From positions 1 through 54,666 of IMG/VR virus record IMGVR_UViG_3300017963_000316: DNA of 54,666 nt; one strand, 5' to 3'. Each line of letters starts with the position of its first letter. Within the stretch, counting starts at the first letter, position 1. The stretch comes from a virus. Lineage: Duplodnaviria > Caudoviricetes. Below, piece by piece: positions 9,281-18,477 of the stretch. Under the pieces are notes generated by a model. It saw nothing but the letters and a program-made list of their open reading frames with translations, had not been told where the DNA came from and ran no database searches. The position numbers and the translations under genes are program-made.

Positions 9281-9396
9281 GGCGGTGCGTAACAAATAAG
9301 TAAAGGGTGAAGATACCAGTAGATAGCAGAGGTAACGTTGCTGTGAAGTAGATGGGAAAATAGCCTCCCAGGTGTGATGTCTGGTCACTGCCACCA
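9281..9396 (+). ncRNA. candidate tRNA-like structured RNA with encoded ACCA end
   Basis: GGCGGTG/CACTGCC 7-bp terminal stem plus A-CCA; internal hairpins; intergenic. Confidence 0.5.
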
Positions 9397-9402
9397 ATAA
9401 AA

Positions 9403-9678
9403 ATGAGTAACGGTTATTATAAAATATGTCCTAAATGTTGGAGAAAGTATGGAAGGCACTTTACTTGGTGTCTAGATTGCACTCCTAGAGCCAAACTAGA
9501 CGAAAAGGGGAGGTTTCCATCTGACTCCTACAAAACACGATATGGCACAATCCGTTCGAGGGATAGGGTAAATCTACATTTCTGTTGTAGTAAGCAACTC
9601 CCTTTAGACAAGAGGTTGTCTATATGTGACAAATGTAGGACAAGATTTAAGTGTTTCACCGAGGCTGAAGATAATTAA
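9403..9678 (+). CDS. Cys-rich hypothetical protein with Cys module
   Basis: ICDKCRTRFKCFTE. Confidence 0.7.
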   Translation: MSNGYYKICPKCWRKYGRHFTWCLDCTPRAKLDEKGRFPSDSYKTRYGTIRSRDRVNLHFCCSKQLPLDKRLSICDKCRTRFKCFTEAEDN

Positions 9679-10073
9679 TGAAGTCATTATCTACAGGTAT
9701 TGTAAGAAAAGTCGAACCTATTGGTATGAATGACCCAAGACGAGTAAGACCAATGGATGGCGAACGAATTGTGTTTCATGTAGTCAGTCGGCATTCCACA
9801 TTTCATTATGACCAAGATTTCGGATGCAGACCAGTGATGAAAGAGCATTGCGACTCTTGCCCCTATAGGTTTGAATGTTTTACCATTAGAGAAAATCCTA
9901 ATGGAGATGGTAGTGAGCTTATTCAGATAGAGTTCAAAGGTGAGACTCTTGGAAGTTTTCCGAATTATTGGCGTACACCAGAACCTACAGCAAATGAACT
10001 TGAAGCTTATCTTTGGGGGAGGTCTAATGGACGGCTTCAAATGAGAACTTCAAGAGGTGGTGGATGGAGATAA
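9678..10073 (+). CDS. hypothetical protein with Cys module
   Basis: CRPVMKEHCDSCPYRFECFT. Confidence 0.7.
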   Translation: MKSLSTGIVRKVEPIGMNDPRRVRPMDGERIVFHVVSRHSTFHYDQDFGCRPVMKEHCDSCPYRFECFTIRENPNGDGSELIQIEFKGETLGSFPNYWRTPEPTANELEAYLWGRSNGRLQMRTSRGGGWR

Positions 10074-10090
10074 ATTAAAGGAGGCTAAAA

Positions 10091-10684
10091 ATGGGAACAA
10101 GGCATCTAATTTGTGTGGTAAAGGATGGGGATTATAAGGTTGCTCAATATGGGCAATGGGATGGTTACCCTAGTGGACAAGGTGTGGATATATTAAACTT
10201 CTTGGCAAGCATGGATAGAAAACTCTTTGAGTCCAAAGTAGACTTACTCTCATGGATAACTGATGATGAGCTTCAAGAGCAATGGAGAGAGTGTGGAGCT
10301 AACGATAACTCAGGTTTTGTTACAATGGAAGTAGCCGATAAGCACAATCTACTCTATCCAGAGAATAGTCGGGACACAGGGGCAAAGTTACTTGGGATTA
10401 TACAGGATGCAGATAGACCTATTAAGCTAGTTAATCAAGTCAAGTTTGCTGGTGACTCTTTATTCTGTGAGTGGGCATATGTTATTGACCTTGATAAGAA
10501 TGTACTCGAAGTCTACGAAGGTTTCAACAAAGAGCCTCATCAGGGTGAAAGGTTCAGTGATTTTGAGAGAGACAAAGAAGATAGCGAATATTATCCTGTG
10601 AAGCTTGCACAGACATTTGACCTAAACAACCTGCCATCTGTGGAAGATTTCTTATCAATACTTGAGCCTAATGAAGAAGAATGA
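10091..10684 (+). CDS. conserved phage hypothetical protein (MGTR...QWDGYP type)
   Basis: AAGGAGG RBS; YGQWDGYP and CEWAYVIDLD motifs. Confidence 0.8.
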   Translation: MGTRHLICVVKDGDYKVAQYGQWDGYPSGQGVDILNFLASMDRKLFESKVDLLSWITDDELQEQWRECGANDNSGFVTMEVADKHNLLYPENSRDTGAKLLGIIQDADRPIKLVNQVKFAGDSLFCEWAYVIDLDKNVLEVYEGFNKEPHQGERFSDFERDKEDSEYYPVKLAQTFDLNNLPSVEDFLSILEPNEEE

Positions 10685-10860
10685 TAAGAAAAGTACAAGC
10701 ACCGAACCGATGCCCTATATTCTGCAACAATAAGTGTAATACGTGTGTTAAACGTTACCTGTGTTACACTGTTGCTGAGGGTATTGTCTTAGATGTTACA
10801 ATACCTGAATGGTATAAGATTACCAATGCACTAGAGTTTAAGAAAATAGCCGAAGATTAG
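10681..10860 (+). CDS. 59-aa protein with Cys module (not in the ORF track)
   Basis: Hand translation MIRKVQAPNRCPIFCNNKCNTCVKRYLCYTVAEG...; ATGA overlap. Confidence 0.65.
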   Translation: MIRKVQAPNRCPIFCNNKCNTCVKRYLCYTVAEGIVLDVTIPEWYKITNALEFKKIAED

Positions 10861-10891
10861 GCTTGACATTGCTCATGGCATGTGTTATAAT
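10860..10891 (+). promoter_or_regulatory. sigma70-type promoter with extended -10
   Basis: GGCTTGACA TTGCTCATGGCATG TGT TATAAT. Confidence 0.85.
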
Positions 10892-10900
10892 AAGGACAGA

Positions 10901-11260
10901 ATGAAAGAAGATTTATACGTAGTAAGACTCTATGACGGTTTCGATAACGAATGGATTGATGTGTCCGAAGCTGTGTCTAAAGATGGGGCAGATAGGATAT
11001 GGAATGAGAAAACGAAGAACGGAACTGAAAAGACAAAATTTGATGATATAGACTATTATAGAATATTTCCAGCAGATACCGTAATGTTTTTTTTCACAGG
11101 AGGGAAGGGAGAAACGTGGCAAAGATTAAAGCTTTTAGGTCACCGAACTACAACTTCATTTTTAACATGGAAGATGGTTTCTTTGCAAGGTGGGGTAAAA
11201 CCCAAGAAGATGATCCCGAATATGCCCCATTTGGACCTGAAATTCTTGATATTGAAATAA
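10901..11260 (+). CDS. hypothetical protein; C-terminus possibly frameshifted at a T8 run
   Basis: ATG 9 nt after the -10 box; 145-nt overlap with the radical SAM gene begins after T8 at 11087-11094. Confidence 0.6.
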   Translation: MKEDLYVVRLYDGFDNEWIDVSEAVSKDGADRIWNEKTKNGTEKTKFDDIDYYRIFPADTVMFFFTGGKGETWQRLKLLGHRTTTSFLTWKMVSLQGGVKPKKMIPNMPHLDLKFLILK

Positions 11261-12147
11261 GCACTATTTGTTCACGTGGTTGCCCTTGGTGTTACAAATC
11301 AAATGGTTATTACCAGGGTAAAAATATGTCATTTGAGACTTTCAAAATAATGTTCGATAAATTTCCTAAACACCTCACTCAGATTGCGTTTGGAATAGGG
11401 GACATTGATGCTAACCCTGACCTGTGGAAAATCATGGATTATTGTAGGGAAAATAAGGTTATTCCAAATATTACAATCAATGGTGAACGGATGACTGATG
11501 ACCTCTATGACAGGTTAGCAAGAACCTGTGGAGCGATTGCGGTTAGTAAGTATGATAAAGACATCTGCTATAATGCAGTTAAGAGGCTATCAGATAGAGG
11601 TATGAAACAGGTAAATATACATGCTCTCCTTTCAAAAGAGACATATATGAATTGTTATAATACACTCCTTGACAAAGTAATTGACCCCCGTCTGACGGGA
11701 TTGAGTGCAGTCGTGTTTCTGTGGTTAAAACCAAAAGGTGAGAAGAATAGTTTTCATCAACTCGATTCGATGAAAAGATTCCAAGACTTAATTGATACTG
11801 CTATGCAGACTGGTGGCAAGTTTGGTTTTGATAGCTGTACTGCACCCACTTTCCTAAGAGCAGTTGAAGGAAATCCAAACTTTGAGACATACAAAACTAT
11901 GTCAGAACCTTGCGAGAGTACCCTATTCTCTTATTACATAAATGTAGATGGGGTAGGTTTTCCGTGTAGTTTTTCGGAAGGAACTCCCGAATACAGAGGA
12001 GTGGATGTGATTGGATGTGATGATTTCCTTCGAGACGTGTGGAACTCAGAGGAGAGTATAAAATTCCGCACTCGTGTAATGAGTAATAAAGACCACAACG
12101 GATGCAGAATGTGTCCAGTTTACAACTTAGGGTGGGGGAAGAAATAA
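11116..12147 (+). CDS. radical SAM enzyme with C-terminal SPASM/Twitch-like Cys cluster
   Basis: CSRGCPWC (CxxxCxxC); CESTLFSYYINVDGVGFPC...GCRMCP. Confidence 0.9.
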   Translation: MAKIKAFRSPNYNFIFNMEDGFFARWGKTQEDDPEYAPFGPEILDIEISTICSRGCPWCYKSNGYYQGKNMSFETFKIMFDKFPKHLTQIAFGIGDIDANPDLWKIMDYCRENKVIPNITINGERMTDDLYDRLARTCGAIAVSKYDKDICYNAVKRLSDRGMKQVNIHALLSKETYMNCYNTLLDKVIDPRLTGLSAVVFLWLKPKGEKNSFHQLDSMKRFQDLIDTAMQTGGKFGFDSCTAPTFLRAVEGNPNFETYKTMSEPCESTLFSYYINVDGVGFPCSFSEGTPEYRGVDVIGCDDFLRDVWNSEESIKFRTRVMSNKDHNGCRMCPVYNLGWGKK

Positions 12148-12260
12148 GGACATAAGTAGTTCCTATTAAACATTTCCGTTATTACTACTCGTCCTTTGCA
12201 AAATAACGGCAGAAGCAGTTCCTATTTTATTTACAGTTAGTGAAATTATACTGCTCGCCG
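12146..12260 (+). ncRNA. tandem pair of a conserved hairpin RNA motif
   Basis: GGAC-ATA-AGTAGT-TCCTATT...ACTACT-C-GTCC followed by CGGC-AGA-AGCAGT-TCCTATT...ACTGCT-C-GCCG. Confidence 0.7.
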
Positions 12261-12274
12261 ATTTGGAGAAAGAA

Positions 12275-14167
12275 ATGGAAGCAACAATTAAATTATTTAG
12301 AGCATTACCTATTGAGAATAAGGTGGTATCAAAGTCAGTTAGCAAACGACTAAAGGCACAACATGCTGATGTGATAAAAAAGACTATTAAACATGGTTTC
12401 ATCTTCACAGAAGATGTGTTTGCCAACTATTCTAACTATGATGAACTGATTGCACTGGTTACAAAAACAGTTGGTCTAACAGCAGAGCAGATGAATAGTT
12501 CTTTCCATAAGTCATGGAAGAAGGTGAAGGATGCCAGTATAGAACAGCTAGTCATAGAACAAATTATGCACTACTTTACCACATATGGTTTTGAAGCTCT
12601 TGGTATTGATAGCGACTTTGTTTATATTCCCGATGAAGCGTTAAATATCCCAAAGATAAAGTTAGACAAAATACAGCTTACCATAATTAAGGGATATACC
12701 AAAGATGAACTCAAGGAAAAGTTGCTTTCATTATTGGAGACTGGAATTGCTTTGGCTGAAGATACAATAGAAGCTGTCGTAGAGGTAGCAATGTATGTTG
12801 GTCTTAGCGATTTTGACAGAGTAAGGAATAAGGAAGTTAAAGCGGCATTATATGATTACTCAGGACTAATTCCAGAGAACCCAACCGAGTTCTTGAGGTA
12901 TGCCATTTTCAAAGCAACAAGCACAACATTGCTGATAAAGAGTCCTGCCGTGATTGCGTCAATCAAGGATAGCAACAATTTGAATGTTACCAAGTTATTT
13001 GATGATTACGAAAAGAAATATGGTCTGGTAAGACTAGCAGAGATATTCTACAGGTTCAAACCATTGTTCTTGGCGTTCAGGACTAATGCTAGGATGAAAG
13101 TCTTAGTAAACAAGATAAGAAGGCTTGCTGTTAAATATCATAAACCAATGCCAATTGATGTTCTTAATAATGTTACAAGCATTATTGCAACTAATGGTTT
13201 TATCAGCGAGGCACGTCTTAATGAGGAACTTGCTAGAGTAAATGTGTTCAGAAAGATACGTCTAGCATACGCTTTGAAGTTCAGGACAAAAGATGTAGAG
13301 TCAATTCTATACAGAATAAGAAACGGTAAGGGATATGCTACTGCATTCAGCTTTAACAAACAAGCTGAAGCTGAAGAAGCATTAAAAATCGTACTAGACT
13401 CAATTGCCAATGACATTAGCAAGAATGTAAAGGGTAAGAAGATATACATTCCAGACACTATAAATTATAGTCTACCCGCAACCGAGAAGCAATTCACTGG
13501 TAATCTACCTTCTGGAAGTTATGTAGCAATACCTGATGATATGATTGCTGGTATACATTGGAATAATGTAAAAGGTCACAGAATTGACCTTGACTTATCT
13601 TTAATCTCACTAGGTGGTAAGTTAGGGTGGGATGCGTATTATCGTGACGAGGGTAGAAGTACGTTATTCTCAGGAGACGTAACTGATGCTCGAAACGGTG
13701 CGTCAGAGCTTTTCTATGTAAAGAAACAAGAAAAACAAGCTTACATTATGAACGTAAATTACTTTAACTTCGATAAGAATGTACCAGTACCATTCAAGAT
13801 ACTCGTGGCAAAGGAAGCAGTTAGGGATTTCAAGAAGAACTATACTGTAAATCCTAACAATGTATTGGTAACAAGCAACACTGTAATTGATGAGAAGCAG
13901 AAAGTGTTGGGGTTATTGATAGCATCAAAGAAAGAGAACAGATTCTACTTTGCTGAGGTAAATATTGGAAAGTCAATAACATCACGTGAGACAGATTTCA
14001 CCAAGCATAGCAGACAATACCTAATAGATTACTATGAAAACACTATTGGACTGCGTGACGTTTTGGTTCAAGCTGGTGCAGAGCTTATCAGTGATAAGGC
14101 AAAAGCTGATATAGACTTATCTCCAGAAACTCTTGAAAAGGATACTATTTTAGGATTACTAAAATGA
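12275..14167 (+). CDS. large helical protein with C-terminal TerD-like domain
   Basis: GIHW...RIDLDLS...GWD...FSGDVTDA..GASE motif typical of TerD-related domains. Confidence 0.7.
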   Translation: MEATIKLFRALPIENKVVSKSVSKRLKAQHADVIKKTIKHGFIFTEDVFANYSNYDELIALVTKTVGLTAEQMNSSFHKSWKKVKDASIEQLVIEQIMHYFTTYGFEALGIDSDFVYIPDEALNIPKIKLDKIQLTIIKGYTKDELKEKLLSLLETGIALAEDTIEAVVEVAMYVGLSDFDRVRNKEVKAALYDYSGLIPENPTEFLRYAIFKATSTTLLIKSPAVIASIKDSNNLNVTKLFDDYEKKYGLVRLAEIFYRFKPLFLAFRTNARMKVLVNKIRRLAVKYHKPMPIDVLNNVTSIIATNGFISEARLNEELARVNVFRKIRLAYALKFRTKDVESILYRIRNGKGYATAFSFNKQAEAEEALKIVLDSIANDISKNVKGKKIYIPDTINYSLPATEKQFTGNLPSGSYVAIPDDMIAGIHWNNVKGHRIDLDLSLISLGGKLGWDAYYRDEGRSTLFSGDVTDARNGASELFYVKKQEKQAYIMNVNYFNFDKNVPVPFKILVAKEAVRDFKKNYTVNPNNVLVTSNTVIDEKQKVLGLLIASKKENRFYFAEVNIGKSITSRETDFTKHSRQYLIDYYENTIGLRDVLVQAGAELISDKAKADIDLSPETLEKDTILGLLK

Positions 14168-14337
14168 AAACAGCACTAGAATTTCCAACATATGTTGAGT
14201 GTCCAAGATGCGGCTCAAAGTATGACGAAACTGAGGTTGACATAACAAACATTGAGGAAAACATATTTGGGCAGGACACCGTGACCTTTGAGTGTCCAAG
14301 ATGTGGTGCAACTGTTCAATCTTTGAGGTACGGATGA
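14164..14337 (+). CDS. 57-aa zinc-ribbon protein (not in the ORF track)
   Basis: MKTALEFPTYVECPRCG...FECPRCG; ATGA coupling at both ends. Confidence 0.65.
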   Translation: MKTALEFPTYVECPRCGSKYDETEVDITNIEENIFGQDTVTFECPRCGATVQSLRYG

Positions 14338-14735
14338 AGATACGAAACGGCTTTGTAAGTAACAGTAGCAGTTCATCTTTCATGGTATCTTTACGTAAGT
14401 TATCAATAGAACAATTGTGCAAGATACTAAACCACCAAATTTGGGGTGAAAAGATGGGAATGGAGTATGCTAAATCAGATGCTTGGAACATAGAGATAAG
14501 GAACGGTGTGCTCTACGGTGATACATTCATGGATAACTTTGATATGGAAGCATTCATGGAAAAACTTGGTGTCACAGGTGTTGTATGGGGGCAGTTCGGT
14601 CATGGTGCAGAGTACAATGATGAGGAAGTAGAACCCTGTGACGAAATGTGTGACAACTGTCAGTTAAGGTTTGTATGCTATACTAATAGATGGAACGAAA
14701 AGGGAGACGAGGTAATAGACGATGAAGAAGTTTGA
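14334..14735 (+). CDS. GFVSNSSS-motif family protein 1, also carrying the Cys module
   Basis: MKIRNGFVSNSSSSSF; CDEMCDNCQLRFVCYTN. Confidence 0.8.
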   Translation: MKIRNGFVSNSSSSSFMVSLRKLSIEQLCKILNHQIWGEKMGMEYAKSDAWNIEIRNGVLYGDTFMDNFDMEAFMEKLGVTGVVWGQFGHGAEYNDEEVEPCDEMCDNCQLRFVCYTNRWNEKGDEVIDDEEV

Positions 14736-15102
14736 AACCAGTTGTGATATGGGAAGCATCAAAATATTTAATGCTACAATGTCATGTTTCTTTGATAATG
14801 GTATTGGTGACGTACCAACGGTTGTCTACATTCAAGATGGCGAAGACCCAATACCTGCACTAAAGAAAGACCCAACAAGAGTAGAATTGTCACCATTTGC
14901 TCCACTTAGTGGCTCTGAGTTACATGCTAAAGGTAAAGCAGAATTCTTAGGTCATTTTACAGTAAAGAAGGAAGCTTATCTGGCTGATTATGATTGTTCA
15001 GACTACCCCCTGTACACGTTTGGTAAAGGTCGCTGGTTCGTTTATCGTTATGAAGATGCGGTTTTAATTATAGAGAAAGCAGATGAGGATTTGCACGCAT
15101 GA
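14722..15102 (+). CDS. hypothetical protein
   Basis: GAGG RBS; in the operon flow. Confidence 0.7.
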   Translation: MKKFETSCDMGSIKIFNATMSCFFDNGIGDVPTVVYIQDGEDPIPALKKDPTRVELSPFAPLSGSELHAKGKAEFLGHFTVKKEAYLADYDCSDYPLYTFGKGRWFVYRYEDAVLIIEKADEDLHA

Positions 15103-15243
15103 CTAAGATAAATATGAAAAGAAGTGAGGCTCTTGAATGGGTCAAACTTGGTATAGAAAGAGGAAACTATGAAGCCGCTCTTAGCATATTGAATGATTTG
15201 ATAGAACAAGAGAAGAAACACGAAGAAGAACAGGAGGAAAAGA

Positions 15244-15492
15244 GTGAAGATTAGGTATGGTTTTGTAAGCAATAGTTCCAGTAGCTCCTTTGTTCTTGAC
15301 AAAGATGGTATGACAGAGGCAATGCTAAAAGAGTTTCGTGTGGCAGTGCATGAAGCTGAAAAAGAAGATGGAAGTGGTGATACCTACATCTTTGAAAGTG
15401 AACGTCATTTTCATGGCAATCTAAGTATGCACGATGAGAAAGTATCAAACTTTCTCCGCAAGTACAATCTTAAAGCTGATATTTGCATGTAA
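15244..15492 (+). CDS. GFVSNSSS-motif family protein 2
   Basis: GTG start after AGGAGG; KIRYGFVSNSSSSSF. Confidence 0.8.
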   Translation: MKIRYGFVSNSSSSSFVLDKDGMTEAMLKEFRVAVHEAEKEDGSGDTYIFESERHFHGNLSMHDEKVSNFLRKYNLKADICM

Positions 15493-15752
15493 TGAAGATG
15501 ATTTTTCACTTTCCCATTCTTCACAATACTTGTGAGTCTTGCCGTTACAGATTTCAATGTATGACAATGAAAATTCACAAAGAGTATGAGTTTGGGATTG
15601 GTGGTAGTGGATACAAGAAGATGCAAGAAATCGTACCTTTCAGATTTGGATTAAGGTGTTTCTCAATTGAACCACACAATAGAATTACAAATCTGAAACT
15701 TGAGCTATGTAATGATAAGGAAAGTATGGTAGTCGAGGCACATTGGGATTAA
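15492..15752 (+). CDS. hypothetical protein with Cys module
   Basis: TCESCRYRFQCMT. Confidence 0.65.
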   Translation: MKMIFHFPILHNTCESCRYRFQCMTMKIHKEYEFGIGGSGYKKMQEIVPFRFGLRCFSIEPHNRITNLKLELCNDKESMVVEAHWD

Positions 15753-15763
15753 ATGGAGGCAAA

Positions 15764-16123
15764 ATGAAAACGAGAAAAGGGTTCGTAAGCAATTCAAGCT
15801 CAACGAGTTTTATCGTAGGTGTCGAGGACAATACTGAGATAGAGCTACACATTAAAGTTGACCTTGCGAGATACGGTGACGTTATTGACAACAAGGAAGA
15901 ACTTGATGAGTATTTCCAAGACAGGTATTGGCAATATGATGAGGATGAGGAATACTGGAAAGAAGAATATGATAAGTGTATCGCCGTTCTTGAGGCGGGA
16001 AAGAAGCTAATTATAGGTGACTTCTCAGATGATGCGGGAGACGATTTATCAGGTTTCCTCTGCAATCATGGAATCCCCGAATCACCTGGCATTGAGATAA
16101 TCCACTCAGAAGAAGGATATTAA
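15764..16123 (+). CDS. GFVSNSSS-motif family protein 3
   Basis: GGAGG RBS; MKTRKGFVSNSSSTSF. Confidence 0.8.
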   Translation: MKTRKGFVSNSSSTSFIVGVEDNTEIELHIKVDLARYGDVIDNKEELDEYFQDRYWQYDEDEEYWKEEYDKCIAVLEAGKKLIIGDFSDDAGDDLSGFLCNHGIPESPGIEIIHSEEGY

Positions 16124-16375
16124 ATGAGAACAATCTCCGTTTGTGGCAAGCATAAGAATGACCACTATTGCGAGGAATGTAAACGGTTGTTAAGTATAAT
16201 CCAAGAACATAATCCTTGTAATAAGTGTAATGCCCACACAAACGATGAGGTTTGTGGTTGGCATAATTCTTGTCCTGACCGAAGCAAGTATGAAACTTGG
16301 CGAATCGAGAATGGATATGACCCTGCATATGACCCTGACGTAGCAAAGGAACTACATGAGGCAGGTCTTATATGA
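16124..16375 (+). CDS. Cys/His-rich hypothetical protein
   Basis: Coupled ORF containing CEEC and CNKC. Confidence 0.6.
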   Translation: MRTISVCGKHKNDHYCEECKRLLSIIQEHNPCNKCNAHTNDEVCGWHNSCPDRSKYETWRIENGYDPAYDPDVAKELHEAGLI

Positions 16376-16932
16376 AAAGTAGAAGTGGGTTTGTAAGTAA
16401 TAGTTCTAGCACCAGCTTTGTCATTCTGGTTAAACCAGATAAGGCTCAGTCGGTAGAGTTTATTCTCAAACATCTAAAAGCATTTGGGGATAAACCAATT
16501 CTTACTGTGCCTGAACGTAAAAAGGAACTCAGAAAAGAGATAAGGGAAATTGATAAAGACCTTATCTACGTTGATGGTATATACGATAGAGTGAACAATA
16601 TGCCAGAGCAGTCTTTCTCTGACCATGACTACTTGGTACTTACAGCTTCGTACAATAGATTGCGTAAGGATGCTATAAGGTGTATAAGAGAGTACCCAAA
16701 TAGCTTTGATACTATGAGTAAAGAGGAATACCTAACTCGTATAGCTAGACTCAAGGAAGACTTACAGGAAGACCGAGCCGAAAACGAAAAGCAACTCAAA
16801 CTCCTTGAGGGCAATGAGAAGTGGAGTATTATTTCCTTTGAGGAAGATGCGAATTGGGGACACTTACGTCATATGGTTGATGAACTTGTAGACAGGGGTG
16901 ACGCAGTAGTTCTTATAAAGGAAACAACATGA
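16372..16932 (+). CDS. GFVSNSSS-motif family protein 4 (coiled-coil insert)
   Basis: MKSRSGFVSNSSSTSF. Confidence 0.8.
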   Translation: MKSRSGFVSNSSSTSFVILVKPDKAQSVEFILKHLKAFGDKPILTVPERKKELRKEIREIDKDLIYVDGIYDRVNNMPEQSFSDHDYLVLTASYNRLRKDAIRCIREYPNSFDTMSKEEYLTRIARLKEDLQEDRAENEKQLKLLEGNEKWSIISFEEDANWGHLRHMVDELVDRGDAVVLIKETT

Positions 16933-17483
16933 AGATACGTGCTGGTTTTGTAAGTAATAGCTCTAGTTCTATGTTTGTAGTAGCATTCCCACATGAACCA
17001 AAGAGTGTTAAAGATGTGCGAGAAATGATGTTCAATGGTCATCAGTTCCTTGATAATCCATATGATGATGACAAAACAGAAACAAAGATAATTGCAAAGA
17101 CAGTGTGGGATGATATAAAACCACAAAAACGGTGGAAGCACGCAACAATGCTAAAGAGGGTCGCAGAAGCAGTAAGGGGTGGTTGGAACGAAGGGCAACC
17201 AAGCTATGACGATTTTAGGATAACACCGCAACATGTTACAGAGATAGAATATGATGGCAAAGTTATAATCACGGCTAGACCTAGTGAACAAACTGATTGG
17301 AAAGCTTACCAAGAAGCTTGTGATAAACATGCACAAAAATTAGTGGACACCCTATTGGAAAAGTATACAGGTAAGTGCATATATGTGTTTAGCTATGGTG
17401 ATAATGACGGTGATTATTTCTCTGTATTAGAACATGGGGGAATATTTAATAACCTGCCCCACAAACAAATAAGTTATCACTAG
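16929..17483 (+). CDS. GFVSNSSS-motif family protein 5
   Basis: MKIRAGFVSNSSSSMF. Confidence 0.8.
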   Translation: MKIRAGFVSNSSSSMFVVAFPHEPKSVKDVREMMFNGHQFLDNPYDDDKTETKIIAKTVWDDIKPQKRWKHATMLKRVAEAVRGGWNEGQPSYDDFRITPQHVTEIEYDGKVIITARPSEQTDWKAYQEACDKHAQKLVDTLLEKYTGKCIYVFSYGDNDGDYFSVLEHGGIFNNLPHKQISYH

Positions 17484-17490
17484 GAGAATA

Positions 17491-17676
17491 ATGTATCCAA
17501 GTCTAGCAGATGTTGAGAAAGCGAGTCGTTGGCAACTTGCGGAATGGTATAGATTTCTACCATCCCCAAGAAACGATGAACAGAACAAAATTCTTGATAA
17601 AATAGTTGAGAAGTTTAACGCTTCTGGTGGCATGACACCAGAAATAAGTAAAAGCATTGGATGGAGGAACAAATGA
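17491..17676 (+). CDS. small hypothetical phage protein
   Basis: AGGAG RBS; WYRFLPSP...GGMTPEISKSIGW. Confidence 0.7.
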   Translation: MYPSLADVEKASRWQLAEWYRFLPSPRNDEQNKILDKIVEKFNASGGMTPEISKSIGWRNK

Positions 17677-18077
17677 AAATAAGAGTCGGTTTTGTCAGTA
17701 ACAGTAGTTCTAGTAGCTTCGTTATGATAGGGACAAAGGTATCTGATGTGGACAAAGTTGCACTAGCGGAGAAGCTTCTAGCCAAGTATCCTAACATTGA
17801 GCTTCCAGATTACGTAAACAAAGAGGAAGATGCTGAGGATTGGGCGTGGGAAGTCCTGTACGCATTACATGACAACTGTCCATTTGAATATTATGGTGAA
17901 GAAGGATTATTTGGTTACTCAATCTACTCTGGTAGTAGCGAGGACTACGGACTAGAGGAATTTTCACTGTCTATCGAGGAAATCCAGAAAGCAGTTGAAG
18001 ATACCAAAGCCATAATGGAAGAGCTAGGGATACCAGCTAACGAAATTAAACTAATAGGTGGACAAAGAGCCTGTTAA
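17673..18077 (+). CDS. GFVSNSSS-motif family protein 6
   Basis: GGAGG RBS; MKIRVGFVSNSSSSSF. Confidence 0.8.
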   Translation: MKIRVGFVSNSSSSSFVMIGTKVSDVDKVALAEKLLAKYPNIELPDYVNKEEDAEDWAWEVLYALHDNCPFEYYGEEGLFGYSIYSGSSEDYGLEEFSLSIEEIQKAVEDTKAIMEELGIPANEIKLIGGQRAC

Positions 18078-18086
18078 GGAGAGGAA

Positions 18087-18476
18087 ATGAAAGTAAGAAA
18101 AGGTTTTGTATCTAATTCCAGTTCTACGAGCTTCTTAATCGTGGGTATTTCTGCTTGGGATAATGAAGCACGTGAAGATGACCCAATCGTTGCTGAACTG
18201 GCGAGAGCAGATGGTTGTAATGAGATGGGTGGATACGGTTATTCAGAGGGTAAAACTCTACTTTTTATCGGTGGTGAAGGTGGTTATGATTGTGAGGACG
18301 AGGATGAACCATATCTACCTGACTACGCTGGTCTTGATGCCGAAGCAGACCTGAAAGCTGGTAAGACAGTTCAGGAAATTGCTGATGAGTTTATTGCCAA
18401 AGCAAAAGCACTCGGATTTGACATACCAAGAGAACGAGTAACTTTGCACTATGGCGAATGTAGTGATGGAGGATAG
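18087..18476 (+). CDS. GFVSNSSS-motif family protein 7
   Basis: MKVRKGFVSNSSSTSF. Confidence 0.8.
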   Translation: MKVRKGFVSNSSSTSFLIVGISAWDNEAREDDPIVAELARADGCNEMGGYGYSEGKTLLFIGGEGGYDCEDEDEPYLPDYAGLDAEADLKAGKTVQEIADEFIAKAKALGFDIPRERVTLHYGECSDGG

Positions 18477-18477
18477 A

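Noticed and set aside
14195-14304. 16-nt direct repeat TTGAGTGTCCAAGATG
   Set aside because: Both copies encode the ECPRC knuckles of a 57-aa zinc-ribbon ORF; two copies only, so not a CRISPR array or att site.
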